64,000 nt of DNA. Source: Minisyncoccota bacterium (lineage in GTDB: Bacteria; Patescibacteriota; Minisyncoccia; Phycocordibacterales; JBAYGS01). This document shows positions 53,213-60,972 of the stretch, one piece after another (position 1 is the first letter of the stretch; each line of letters begins with the position of its first letter). A model generated the notes under the pieces. The model did no database searches. It saw only the letters and a program-made list of their open reading frames with translations, and had not been told where the DNA came from. Both the position numbers and the translations under genes were made by a program. The DNA is taken from positions 41,086-105,085 of the forward strand of contig JBAYGS010000003.1 in assembly GCA_041666545.1 (NCBI GenBank), written 5' to 3'.

Positions 53213-54190
53213 CTAAGAGTAAAGAATTTGATGCTTGGGGCAGAAGTGAGCGCTGCGACCGCCGAGTTTGAGTTTGGTGATGATACCGGAGCATCTTTTC
53301 TTGCCACATTTTCCGCTAGTCTTTTGATAAGCCTGATGGTGATACTGGAAATTGCCCTTGGTGCCGAGTGGAGTGCGATAATCCGAAGTTGAATCACCGC
53401 CAAATTGGATGCCTTTTCTCAAAATCAGCTTCATTGAGTCGAACATCTTTTTTAGCTTTAGTGCAGGAATTTTAGAGACAATCGAGAGGGGATGGATGCC
53501 AGAGTCCCAAAGAATTTCGTCAGAATAAATATTGCCAATGCCGGATACAACTTTTGGGTCCATGAGAACCTGTTTGATTCTGCTTTTGGGCCAAGTGAAT
53601 AGACGGCCTTGGAATTTTTTGAAATCAAAACTTTTTTCGAGGGGTTCTGGGCCAATGTCGGCCAAATGCCCAGTTTCGTGAGCGGTTTTGGTTGGTAGGA
53701 GAGTGACTTTAGCGAACTTTCTCACATCGGAGAGAGCCAAATGTTTGCCATTTGTAAACGAAATAACTAAATGAACGAATCGGCTGTAGGGGTCTTTAAG
53801 CGCCTCGGGCGCAATCGCGATCCAAGGGGAAGCTGTTAGCTGTTGGCCTTTAGCTTTTAGTTTTTCGGATTTACTTGAAACTTTTAACTTGGAACTTGGA
53901 ACTCGCCTGTACGTTCCGTACAGGAGTTGGCCGGTCATTTTCATGTGAACCAGAATTGTCTGACCGTTTGAGAGGTTTATCAAAACATTTTTACCGCGCC
54001 TTTCGACATTTTTAATTTTCGCGCCAATTACGCTGACCCGAAATTTTCGGAAAAATTTCGGGTCCTTAATATTATCTTTTCCCTCATGAATTTTTCCGCC
54101 ATAATCGGTCCAAGCATCAGAAATAGTAAGGCCGGAAATCAGCCGGTCTAGCATTGTTGCGGTAGTGTGGACTTCGGGAAGTTCGGGCAT
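53213..54190 (-). CDS. mutM: formamidopyrimidine-DNA glycosylase (Fpg/MutM/Nei family)
   Basis: 325 aa. N-terminal MPELPEV (catalytic Pro2/Glu3), H2TH region, and a C-terminal zinc finger CGKKRCSGIITKLKLGGRSAHFCPKHQ. Carries an in-frame repeat-derived insertion. Confidence 0.85.
   Translation of the reverse strand: MPELPEVHTTATMLDRLISGLTISDAWTDYGGKIHEGKDNIKDPKFFRKFRVSVIGAKIKNVERRGKNVLINLSNGQTILVHMKMTGQLLYGTYRRVPSSKLKVSSKSEKLKAKGQQLTASPWIAIAPEALKDPYSRFVHLVISFTNGKHLALSDVRKFAKVTLLPTKTAHETGHLADIGPEPLEKSFDFKKFQGRLFTWPKSRIKQVLMDPKVVSGIGNIYSDEILWDSGIHPLSIVSKIPALKLKKMFDSMKLILRKGIQFGGDSTSDYRTPLGTKGNFQYHHQAYQKTSGKCGKKRCSGIITKLKLGGRSAHFCPKHQILYS
53848..53906. repeat. family-E-like repeat inside the fpg coding sequence (minus strand), in frame
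   Basis: The minus-strand sequence encodes VPSSKLKVSSKSEKLKAKGQ, inserted in Fpg. Confidence 0.7.
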
Positions 54191-54378
54191 GATTATAAGG
54201 GTATAGCTCCGACGGTTGTTTTACAAGGTCGGGACCCCGTCTAAAGCGTCGGGGCGTAAGGCGTCTAAGGAAGAATGACTTGACAAACAAATGAATTTTA
54301 ATATAGTCTGATTTCAGAAAGGGGTTGGTTTTATAAATCAATCTAAGTGCGGTTAACTCAAAGTGAAAGGATTGGAGT

Positions 54379-54858
54379 ATGAGCGCAAAAAAGCCGGAGG
54401 TCAGCTTGGATTACCTTCTTAATGCCCTGGTTGATATGGGGTTTCTCAAGCAAGCGCAGGTGGATGAAGTTCGGGCCCAAACTCTTCGCAAGGGCGGGGT
54501 GGTCGAATGGCTCATGAAACACGGACGGCTGACTGAGTGGCAGGTCACCAAGGCCAGGGCGGCCCAGTTCGGCGCCGAGGTCATCGAGGACGACAAGGTC
54601 GTCGTCGCTAAGAACTGGAGAAGGCGTTTACCCAGAAGTGTTGGCGCCAAGTTCTTCAAGGAACGCCAGGTGGTTCCGGTCCAAATCAGTGCTGGTGGTA
54701 CCCGGGGTGTCTGCAAGGTGGCGCTGAACGATCCGTCGGACCTCGACACGATTGACTTCCTTTATCACCTGACCCGCATGGACATTGTGGTCAGGGTTGC
54801 TTCGAGGCCAGCTATCAAGAATGCCCTGTCGAAAATGCGCGACCGGGTGGGGCGATAG
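54379..54858 (+). CDS. stand-alone GspE/PilB N-terminal-domain (T2SSE_N / MshEN-like) protein
   Basis: 159 aa. Two helical-hairpin repeats (LLNALVDMGFLKQAQVDEVRAQ; VEWLMKHGRLTEWQVTKARAAQFGAEVI) followed by the beta segment VALNDPSDLDTIDFLYHLT, as in GspE N1 domains. High GC. Confidence 0.5.
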   Translation: MSAKKPEVSLDYLLNALVDMGFLKQAQVDEVRAQTLRKGGVVEWLMKHGRLTEWQVTKARAAQFGAEVIEDDKVVVAKNWRRRLPRSVGAKFFKERQVVPVQISAGGTRGVCKVALNDPSDLDTIDFLYHLTRMDIVVRVASRPAIKNALSKMRDRVGR

Positions 54859-54921
54859 TCAGGGTTTATTGTTTTGCATAACACCAAGATTAGTTCTTGG
54901 TGTTTTTCTATTATTTTTTCT

Positions 54922-56187
54922 CTAGCAGTTTTTTAATTCCTCTCTAGCAACAGTCGCATCATCCCAAGGGATTTTGGTGCCGTTTGGCCCGCAGATACAG
55001 GGGTCGGTGCCTTTGCCAGTAATTAAAACCGTATCGCCAGTTTGGGCGAGTTTCAAAGCCTCGCGAATCGCTTCGCGGCGGTCCATAATAATTTTATATT
55101 GTCCGTCGGCGATTCCTTTAGCCACTTCCTCAACGATTGCTCTCGGGTCCTCATCGTAAGGGTCTTCATTGGTAAGAATTATTTCATCGCAATATTGATC
55201 GGCAACTTTCCCCATGGCCGGTCTTTTCCATTTGTCTCGGCCGCCACCGGTGTTTCCCAAGACGCAGATTTTTCGCGAATCTTGGAAAACCTGATAAAGC
55301 TTTTCTAGGGAATCGGCGGTATGGGCGTAGTCAACAATTACCTCAAACTTCTGATTGTCAGAAATCTTTACATTTTCCACTCGACCGCGGATCCCTTTGA
55401 ATCTTTCCAGGGCGGATTTTATAACCGAAATTCCGATACTTTGCGATTTGGCATAAGTAATGGCCGCGAGCATATTGTAAACATTAAAAAGACCGGAAAG
55501 GTGAGAGGTGATCAAGGTCTTGTCGATTGTAATATCGGTGTCATGAAGGTGTAGTTCATACGGTTCAGCATCTTTGACCGAGAACTTGATTTTCTCCGCA
55601 ATATTTAGAGCGAGAAATAGAGCTAATTCTTTATCGTCGCCATTTACCACCAAAACTCTTCGCTTCTTTTTGGATTTGGCCAGAGCCCGACCGATTGAGA
55701 GTTTGGCGTCTTTATATTTTTCAAATGAGCCATGAGCCTCAATGTGTTCCGGAGAAATGTTGGTGACGATCAGTCCGTCAAAGTTTATCAGGCGGTGGCG
55801 AGAAAATTGGGCGCCTTGGGAGGTGACTTCAAGGATGGCGTACTGGCAACCCGCCTTCACGGCTCGGCGAAGAAACTTCTGCATGAAAAATCGTCCCGGC
55901 ATCGACATCTTAAATTTATTGTCTTCAGAGTTCTGGTCAATTTTAAAGCGCACTGTGTTTTGTAGAGCAGTTTTAAATCCGGCCTCTTCTAAAATCGCAT
56001 TTAAGATTTCGGTAGTCGAACTTTTTCCTTTGGTGCCGGTGACACCAACGACGATCAGTTTACGAGAAGGGAAGCGGTAAATAATCGCGCCCAAAAGCGA
56101 CATCAGGTAGTGATAGGCCGGCTGAAAAAAGTTGTAAGCCTTAGCCGGAATTATTTTCTCAATTTGTCTTAGAATTTTTTCTTTCAT
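54922..56187 (-). CDS. Mur ligase family protein (MurE-like UDP-N-acetylmuramoyl-tripeptide synthetase)
   Basis: 421 aa. VVGVTGTKGKSSTTEIL (P-loop), the Mur ligase middle and C-terminal domains, and a DNPR-like motif. Confidence 0.7.
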   Translation of the reverse strand: MKEKILRQIEKIIPAKAYNFFQPAYHYLMSLLGAIIYRFPSRKLIVVGVTGTKGKSSTTEILNAILEEAGFKTALQNTVRFKIDQNSEDNKFKMSMPGRFFMQKFLRRAVKAGCQYAILEVTSQGAQFSRHRLINFDGLIVTNISPEHIEAHGSFEKYKDAKLSIGRALAKSKKKRRVLVVNGDDKELALFLALNIAEKIKFSVKDAEPYELHLHDTDITIDKTLITSHLSGLFNVYNMLAAITYAKSQSIGISVIKSALERFKGIRGRVENVKISDNQKFEVIVDYAHTADSLEKLYQVFQDSRKICVLGNTGGGRDKWKRPAMGKVADQYCDEIILTNEDPYDEDPRAIVEEVAKGIADGQYKIIMDRREAIREALKLAQTGDTVLITGKGTDPCICGPNGTKIPWDDATVAREELKNC

Positions 56188-56757
56188 TTATTTACCTAAA
56201 ACTTTTAATGCAGCTTTTATTCTTTCGCCGGTATCAGCAATTTTTAGATCGACTTCTTTTAGCGCTTCACGGGCTTCTTGGTGCTTATAGCCAAGAGCCT
56301 TCAGGGCTTCAAGTGCATCAATTTCGTCACGCAAACTCATTTCATCAGCTTCTGTATCGACACCGAGTTTGCCTTTGAGTTCCAAAACAATTTTGTCGGC
56401 CATTTTTTTGCCAATGCCGGAAACTTTGGTGAGGTGGGCAGTCTCGCCGGAGATAATCGCTTTTCGTAAAGAGGGGACAGTTGTCACATTCAAAATTCCC
56501 AGAGCGGTTTTCGGACCGATGCCAGAGACCGTAATCAAAAGTTCAAAAAAAGAAAGCTCCTCTTTGTTTAAAAAACCATAAAGGTCCAGGGCGTTTTCTC
56601 GGACGGCTAAATGAGTCCAAAGTGAGATAACTTCACTCTTTTGGCTTTTGGCGATAGTTTCGGCGGTAGCGAAGACCTTGTATCCCACTCCACCAACGGA
56701 AATTACCAAATATCGCTCAGTGGTGTCGGCTACGGTACCGCTTAGGTGGGAAATCAT
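56188..56757 (-). CDS. ruvA: Holliday junction DNA helicase RuvA
   Basis: 189 aa. MISHLSGTVADTTERYLVISVGGVGYKV, with helix-hairpin-helix GIGPKTALGIL and the C-terminal domain III. Confidence 0.9.
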   Translation of the reverse strand: MISHLSGTVADTTERYLVISVGGVGYKVFATAETIAKSQKSEVISLWTHLAVRENALDLYGFLNKEELSFFELLITVSGIGPKTALGILNVTTVPSLRKAIISGETAHLTKVSGIGKKMADKIVLELKGKLGVDTEADEMSLRDEIDALEALKALGYKHQEAREALKEVDLKIADTGERIKAALKVLGK

Positions 56758-56918
56758 GAAGTTAAGTATATAGTATAAGGTATATAGTATAAAGTATCAG
56801 ATAATTCCACAGGAATGGATAAATTTGCATTTTTTGAAAGTCTCTGTTAGTATTGCCCTTGTTCGTTTTTCTGATGTCTTTAACTACAAACTACTCACTA
56901 CCAACTACTAACTAACTT

Positions 56919-57182
56919 ATGCCTATCACATCTTCAGCCAAAAAAGCTCTCCGCGCTTCCAAGAGAAAGCGAGTTTTCAACTTACGACGACAAAAAGCTT
57001 CCGATGAGTTGGTAAAGCAGATTCGCAAACTGGTGGCCCAAAAGAAAGTCTCCGAAGCCAAGGCCTTGCTTCCTAAAGCCTATCAAGCTCTGGATAAATC
57101 GGCCAAGATGAAGACTATCAAGAAAAATACCGCTTCCAGAAAGAAATCTCGGTTGGCCAAGCTTCTCAAGAAGAACTCTTAG
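56919..57182 (+). CDS. rpsT: 30S ribosomal protein S20
   Basis: 87 aa. MPITSSAKKALRASKRKRVFNLRRQKA...KSRLAKLLKK is the canonical S20. Confidence 0.9.
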   Translation: MPITSSAKKALRASKRKRVFNLRRQKASDELVKQIRKLVAQKKVSEAKALLPKAYQALDKSAKMKTIKKNTASRKKSRLAKLLKKNS

Positions 57183-57185
57183 TCA

Positions 57186-57218
57186 AAAATTCCGCCCAAA
57201 GCGGAATTTTTGTTTCGG
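57186..57218 (+). terminator. rho-independent terminator after rpsT
   Basis: aaaattccgc-ccaaa-gcggaatttttgtttc. Confidence 0.65.
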
Positions 57219-57355
57219 GTGGTCAGGAATATTTTGCTCGCCGTCGCTTGCAAAATTTCACGACCCTGCCCCGCCGGTTTTGCCTGCTAGCAAAACAGGG
57301 CGCTGGCCAGCATATGTATCAAAAAACCTGAAGCAGTTCATGTTTTTCTATCATG

Positions 57356-57427
57356 TGCTCTTGGCCAGAATCGAACTGGCATCGTTCCCTTCGGAGGGGA
57401 ACATCCTATCCATTGAACGACAAGAGC
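57356..57427 (-). tRNA. tRNA-Arg (anticodon CCG)
   Basis: Hand-folded: GCUCUUG-UC-GUUC-AAUGGAUA-GGAU-G-UUCCC-CUCCGAA-GGGAA-CGAUG-CCAGUUCGAUUCUGG-CAAGAGC-A. All stems pair. Anticodon loop CUCCGAA. Confidence 0.7.
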
Positions 57428-57604
57428 AGGATGAAGAGTTGGTAGGAGCGGCAGGAAATTCGAAACTTACAGTTTCAGTACCCCGTTGAGCTTATTTTTG
57501 TCGTCCGCCGAGGACGCAAAAATAAGCTCAACGGGGCTTCGATTCCTGACGCAAGCAAAATCGTTTGCTTGCTCCGAGAGCACAAACCTCGCGGACTCGC
57601 TTTG

Positions 57605-57676
57605 TGCTCTCGGCAGGAATCGAACCTGCATTTCTCCCTTCGCAGGGGAGTGTCCTATCCATTGAACGACGGGAGC
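57605..57676 (-). tRNA. tRNA-Arg-like (anticodon reads GCG)
   Basis: Hand-folded: GCUCCCG-UC-GUUC-AAUGGAUA-GGAC-A-CUCCC-CUGCGAA-GGGAG-AAAUG-CAGGUUCGAUUCCUG-CCGAGAGC. One acceptor-stem mismatch (C5-A68). The D-arm is identical to the neighbouring tRNA-Arg. Confidence 0.6.
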
Positions 57677-57775
57677 ATATATTGAATTTGCTTACTTTAG
57701 CTTAAAAACCAAAGAATATCAAAACCAATCTTCTAATTAAGCTAGTGAAGCTAATGAAGCTAGCACAGCTAGTCT

Positions 57776-58234
57776 CTAAAATCCCAAAAATCCCATCACT
57801 TGTTCGGAGAAGGGAACTCGCAGGGGCTCTTCTTTGATGTAGTCGTTGAGATAGTCTTTGACCACAATTATGTCGACTTCTCCTAAAGGTAGAGTGATAA
57901 TCGGCAAAAAACCGCTCTGTGCTTTCAAGATCAATTTCGGCCCCGACTCATCACCATCAATTCCGAAAGCTAAAAGATTGCCAAATGGATAGAAAATCTC
58001 CCCGGAAAGGATGCCCTCCTGATTAATTTCAAAAGTAATCAATTTTGGCGGGCGTCGGGTGTGCATAAAAAGGGTGGCGGCAGCAATGACAATGAGGACG
58101 GCAAAAAGGGCGTTGCCAAAAATAATGGCACTGACGACCAGCGAGGCAATAATAATAACCGTGGCGACATACCAGTCGGAAGTTCTAGTTTTGACTGGAT
58201 ATTCCAGAGCTTGCCACTGTAAAGACTTTCTCAT
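57776..58234 (-). CDS. hypothetical membrane protein (start taken at internal Met MRKSLQW)
   Basis: One central TM pair. The tracked ORF start overlaps the upstream VKOR gene, so the in-frame Met at 58234 is more plausible. Confidence 0.3.
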   Translation of the reverse strand: MRKSLQWQALEYPVKTRTSDWYVATVIIIASLVVSAIIFGNALFAVLIVIAAATLFMHTRRPPKLITFEINQEGILSGEIFYPFGNLLAFGIDGDESGPKLILKAQSGFLPIITLPLGEVDIIVVKDYLNDYIKEEPLRVPFSEQVMGFLGF

Positions 58235-58236
58235 GA

Positions 58237-58650
58237 CTAAAGATTTATAAACATTAGGATGAAAATCGCGGTTGTAATGAAAGCCGACACCAAACACCAA
58301 GTGCAATACTGTTTGATGATGAAGGTTTGGACCAAAGACAGGCTAAATGACATTAAAAATCCTCCCGCGCTAATCAGAAATAAAAGTAAAGCGACTGTCG
58401 GCGAATTAGCTGACGGCAGAAAAACAAAATAGGTATAACATAGAGCGATAAGTCCATAATAGGCCATACCCGCCACTTCCAGTCTGACACCCATCAGGGA
58501 GCCAAACCTGCTCCTAACCACGGCATCACAATCGAAACCGACCGGACAGACGATTGGGGTCGGCTTCTGCTTTTCGGTGTAAATAAAATGGGAAACGGCG
58601 AAGCCACAGAAACCTAGAACTGCGATGATAATGAAAATAGCTAACGGCAT
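58237..58650 (-). CDS. vitamin K epoxide reductase (VKOR) family protein
   Basis: 137 aa. 4 TM. Cys pairs CPVGFDC and CTWC in the positions expected for VKOR. Confidence 0.55.
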   Translation of the reverse strand: MPLAIFIIIAVLGFCGFAVSHFIYTEKQKPTPIVCPVGFDCDAVVRSRFGSLMGVRLEVAGMAYYGLIALCYTYFVFLPSANSPTVALLLFLISAGGFLMSFSLSLVQTFIIKQYCTWCLVSAFITTAIFILMFINL

Positions 58651-58734
58651 ATTTAAACTATTGTAGCATAACTTTAGTGAGCTCGAGCAGTTGATTGGCT
58701 TTGCTTCGGGTCAGTCTTTTGGTATCATTGTCGT

Positions 58735-58950
58735 ATGCCAACTGATCCACAAATTTTCTGGTTTTTGATTCTGAGTATCGTCTGGGTTTTGCCTTGGAAA
58801 GGTTATGCCTTGTGGATGGCGGCCAAGCGAAATGATACCAAATGGTTTGTTGCAATTTTGATTTTAAACACACTCGCAATTTTGGAAATAATTTATATTT
58901 TCTTTGTTGTGAGGCGTGATAAAAATAAAAGCGAGGAGGCGGAGTCATAA
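58735..58950 (+). CDS. small 2-TM membrane protein
   Basis: 71 aa with two hydrophobic helices. Confidence 0.25.
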   Translation: MPTDPQIFWFLILSIVWVLPWKGYALWMAAKRNDTKWFVAILILNTLAILEIIYIFFVVRRDKNKSEEAES

Positions 58951-59237
58951 AATTTTAATTTCAAACACCCCGAGTTTCAATAACTCGGGGTGTTTCGTTT
59001 TGGCGGAGGGAGTGAGACCACGAGTACGTTTTTTGAAACTTACAGTTTCAGGCAGCTTTTCCGAAAACTGCACTTGGATTTTAATAGTCGCTTTGCTTCT
59101 TTAAGATCTCGGCGTACCCCGATTGGTTCGCGAAGCGCTCGGCTCAATCGGGCTTCGAATCTCACACGCAGTGCTCCCCAGCACTGCTCTCCTCCGCTTA
59201 ACAAAAAATGGCACTTGCGTGCACATTTTTGTAAAAG

Positions 59238-59324
59238 CGGAGGAGGTGAGATTCGAACTCACGGCCCCCTTACGAGGGCTCCGGTTTTCAAGACCGGTGC
59301 ATTCGACCACTCTGCCACTCCTCC
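59238..59324 (-). tRNA. tRNA-Ser (anticodon UGA)
   Basis: Hand-folded: GGAGGAG-UG-GCAGAGUGGUCGAAUGC-ACCGG-UCUUGAAA(ACCGG)-long variable arm GCCCUCGUAAGGGGGC-GUGAGUUCGAAUCUCAC-CUCCUCC-G. Confidence 0.8.
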
Positions 59325-59406
59325 CGGAAGAACTAGGCCATAATAGCAAAAAAGGTTGGTTTTGCAATTTAATGCCAGCGCGACCAGTTTAGTGTAATAT
59401 ACAAAG

Positions 59407-59808
59407 ATGCGTTTTTTGGGGATTGATTATGGTGAAAAGCGGGTAGGGCTGGCGATTTCCGACGAGAGTGGAAAAATGGCTTTTCCTGACCAAACTTTAC
59501 CAAATAATAAGAATTTAATTGGTGAAATCGCCTCTATCTGTGAGAAGAAGGAGATTGAGAGGGTTATAATTGGTGAGTCGCGAGATTATTCCGGTAAACC
59601 AAACGCCATAATGAAAGAGGCCGAAGAGTTTAGTGTGTCTTTGGCTAAAGCGACCGGTCTTAATGTCATCAATGAGCCAGAATTTCTGACCTCGCACCAA
59701 GCTTCTAAGATTCAAGGCGGGAGTAATCAGATTGACGCGTCAGCAGCAACAATTATCTTGCAATCACATCTTGATAAATTAAATTTGAAAAATCAAAATG
59801 GAAAATGA
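59407..59808 (+). CDS. ruvX: putative pre-16S rRNA nuclease / Holliday-junction resolvase-like YqgF (RuvX)
   Basis: 133 aa. MRFLGIDYGEKRVGLAISDE is the canonical YqgF N-terminus. Confidence 0.85.
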   Translation: MRFLGIDYGEKRVGLAISDESGKMAFPDQTLPNNKNLIGEIASICEKKEIERVIIGESRDYSGKPNAIMKEAEEFSVSLAKATGLNVINEPEFLTSHQASKIQGGSNQIDASAATIILQSHLDKLNLKNQNGK

Positions 59809-60226
59809 CAATTTAAAATTAAAAAAGGAAGAAATCTTAGCAGAAAAGATCGGGTATGACGATTTTGTGAAAGTTGAAATGAAAGCCGGGCAAATTTTGA
59901 GCGCGGAAAAAGTTCCTGAAACCGATAAGCTGGTAAAGTTATCGGTGGATTTTGGCTCCTTCAAAACCGAAGTTAAAAAAGAAGATGGCACGGTGGAAAT
60001 TCAGGAGGCTAAAGATGTCAGGCAGATTATTTCAGGAATCTCGCTCTATTTTCCGGACGCTTCGGTTTTGGTGGGGAAGAAGTGCATGTTTGTCACCAAC
60101 CTAGAGCCGCGAAAAATCAAAGGTCTGGAGAGTAATGGGATGATTTTGGCTTTGTCGACTGAAGATGGCAAGTTTTCTTTGCTTGAACCATCGGCCGAGA
60201 TACCTATAGGGACAAAAGCGAAGTAA
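59798..60226 (+). CDS. tRNA-binding domain protein (CsaA/Trbp111/MetRS-C-like)
   Basis: 142 aa. VGKKCMFVTNLEPRKIKGLESNGMILA is the OB-fold tRNA-binding signature. Confidence 0.7.
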   Translation: MENDNLKLKKEEILAEKIGYDDFVKVEMKAGQILSAEKVPETDKLVKLSVDFGSFKTEVKKEDGTVEIQEAKDVRQIISGISLYFPDASVLVGKKCMFVTNLEPRKIKGLESNGMILALSTEDGKFSLLEPSAEIPIGTKAK

Positions 60227-60297
60227 AAGCACCAAGCACCGAATAAATTTTTCTTTTTTTGCAGATTGAGATTTATTTGGAACTTGTAATTTGAAAT

Positions 60298-60930
60298 TTG
60301 TTATTTTATCTTTCTTACATTATGTTAGATTATCTCGACCCGCTATTTTTAATCAAAGCTCTCGGACTTATCGGAGTTTTGCTCATAATTTTTGCCGAAT
60401 CGGGGTTATTTTTTGGGTTTTTCTTGCCTGGTGATTCGCTCCTATTCACTGCCGGACTTTTGGCCTCGCAGGGTTATCTGAATATTTATTACCTCTTACC
60501 CGGGGTATTTTTGATGGCAGTTCTGGGAGATACCTTCGGCTACACCTTTGGTCGGAAAATCGGCCCCAAAATTTTTACGCGCGAAGATTCGTTATTTTTT
60601 CACAAAAAACACGTTGAGCGCGCCAAAAACTTCTATGAAAAGTATGGTAACAAAACCATTGTTTTGGCGCGGTTTATTCCGATTGTCAGGACTTTTGCTC
60701 CGATTGTGGCTGGGGTTGGGCAGATGGATTATCGGAAATTTTTGACCTATAATATTTTTGGCGGTCTGGCTTGGACGGTTTTGCTTGCCGGAGGCGGTTA
60801 TTTTCTTGGCGAGATTGTGCCCGGGATTGAAAAGTATGTCACTTTGATTTTGGTTCTGATTATTTTAACCTCATTTTTGCCGGCTATCTCGGAAATCTGG
60901 CAGGTTTGGCGCCAAAAGCACAGCGCTTAG
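60298..60930 (+). CDS. DedA family membrane protein
   Basis: 210 aa. GFFLPGDSLLFTAGLLA and ARFIPIVRTFAPIVAGVGQM are DedA/VTT motifs. Confidence 0.8.
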   Translation: MLFYLSYIMLDYLDPLFLIKALGLIGVLLIIFAESGLFFGFFLPGDSLLFTAGLLASQGYLNIYYLLPGVFLMAVLGDTFGYTFGRKIGPKIFTREDSLFFHKKHVERAKNFYEKYGNKTIVLARFIPIVRTFAPIVAGVGQMDYRKFLTYNIFGGLAWTVLLAGGGYFLGEIVPGIEKYVTLILVLIILTSFLPAISEIWQVWRQKHSA

Positions 60931-60972
60931 TTCTCCTTTGAAGAAAGACAAGTTATAATAGAGGCATATTAT

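Noticed and set aside
786-56916. CRISPR array interpretation of the short dispersed repeats
   Set aside because: Copies are not regularly spaced and not clustered with unique spacers. They occur singly at gene boundaries or inside genes, and no cas genes are present.
58916-59392. Four overlapping ORFs (62-117 aa) on both strands
   Set aside because: The region is occupied by tRNA-Ser and its inverted partial copy. The ORFs are Arg/Ser-rich read-throughs of structured RNA sequence.
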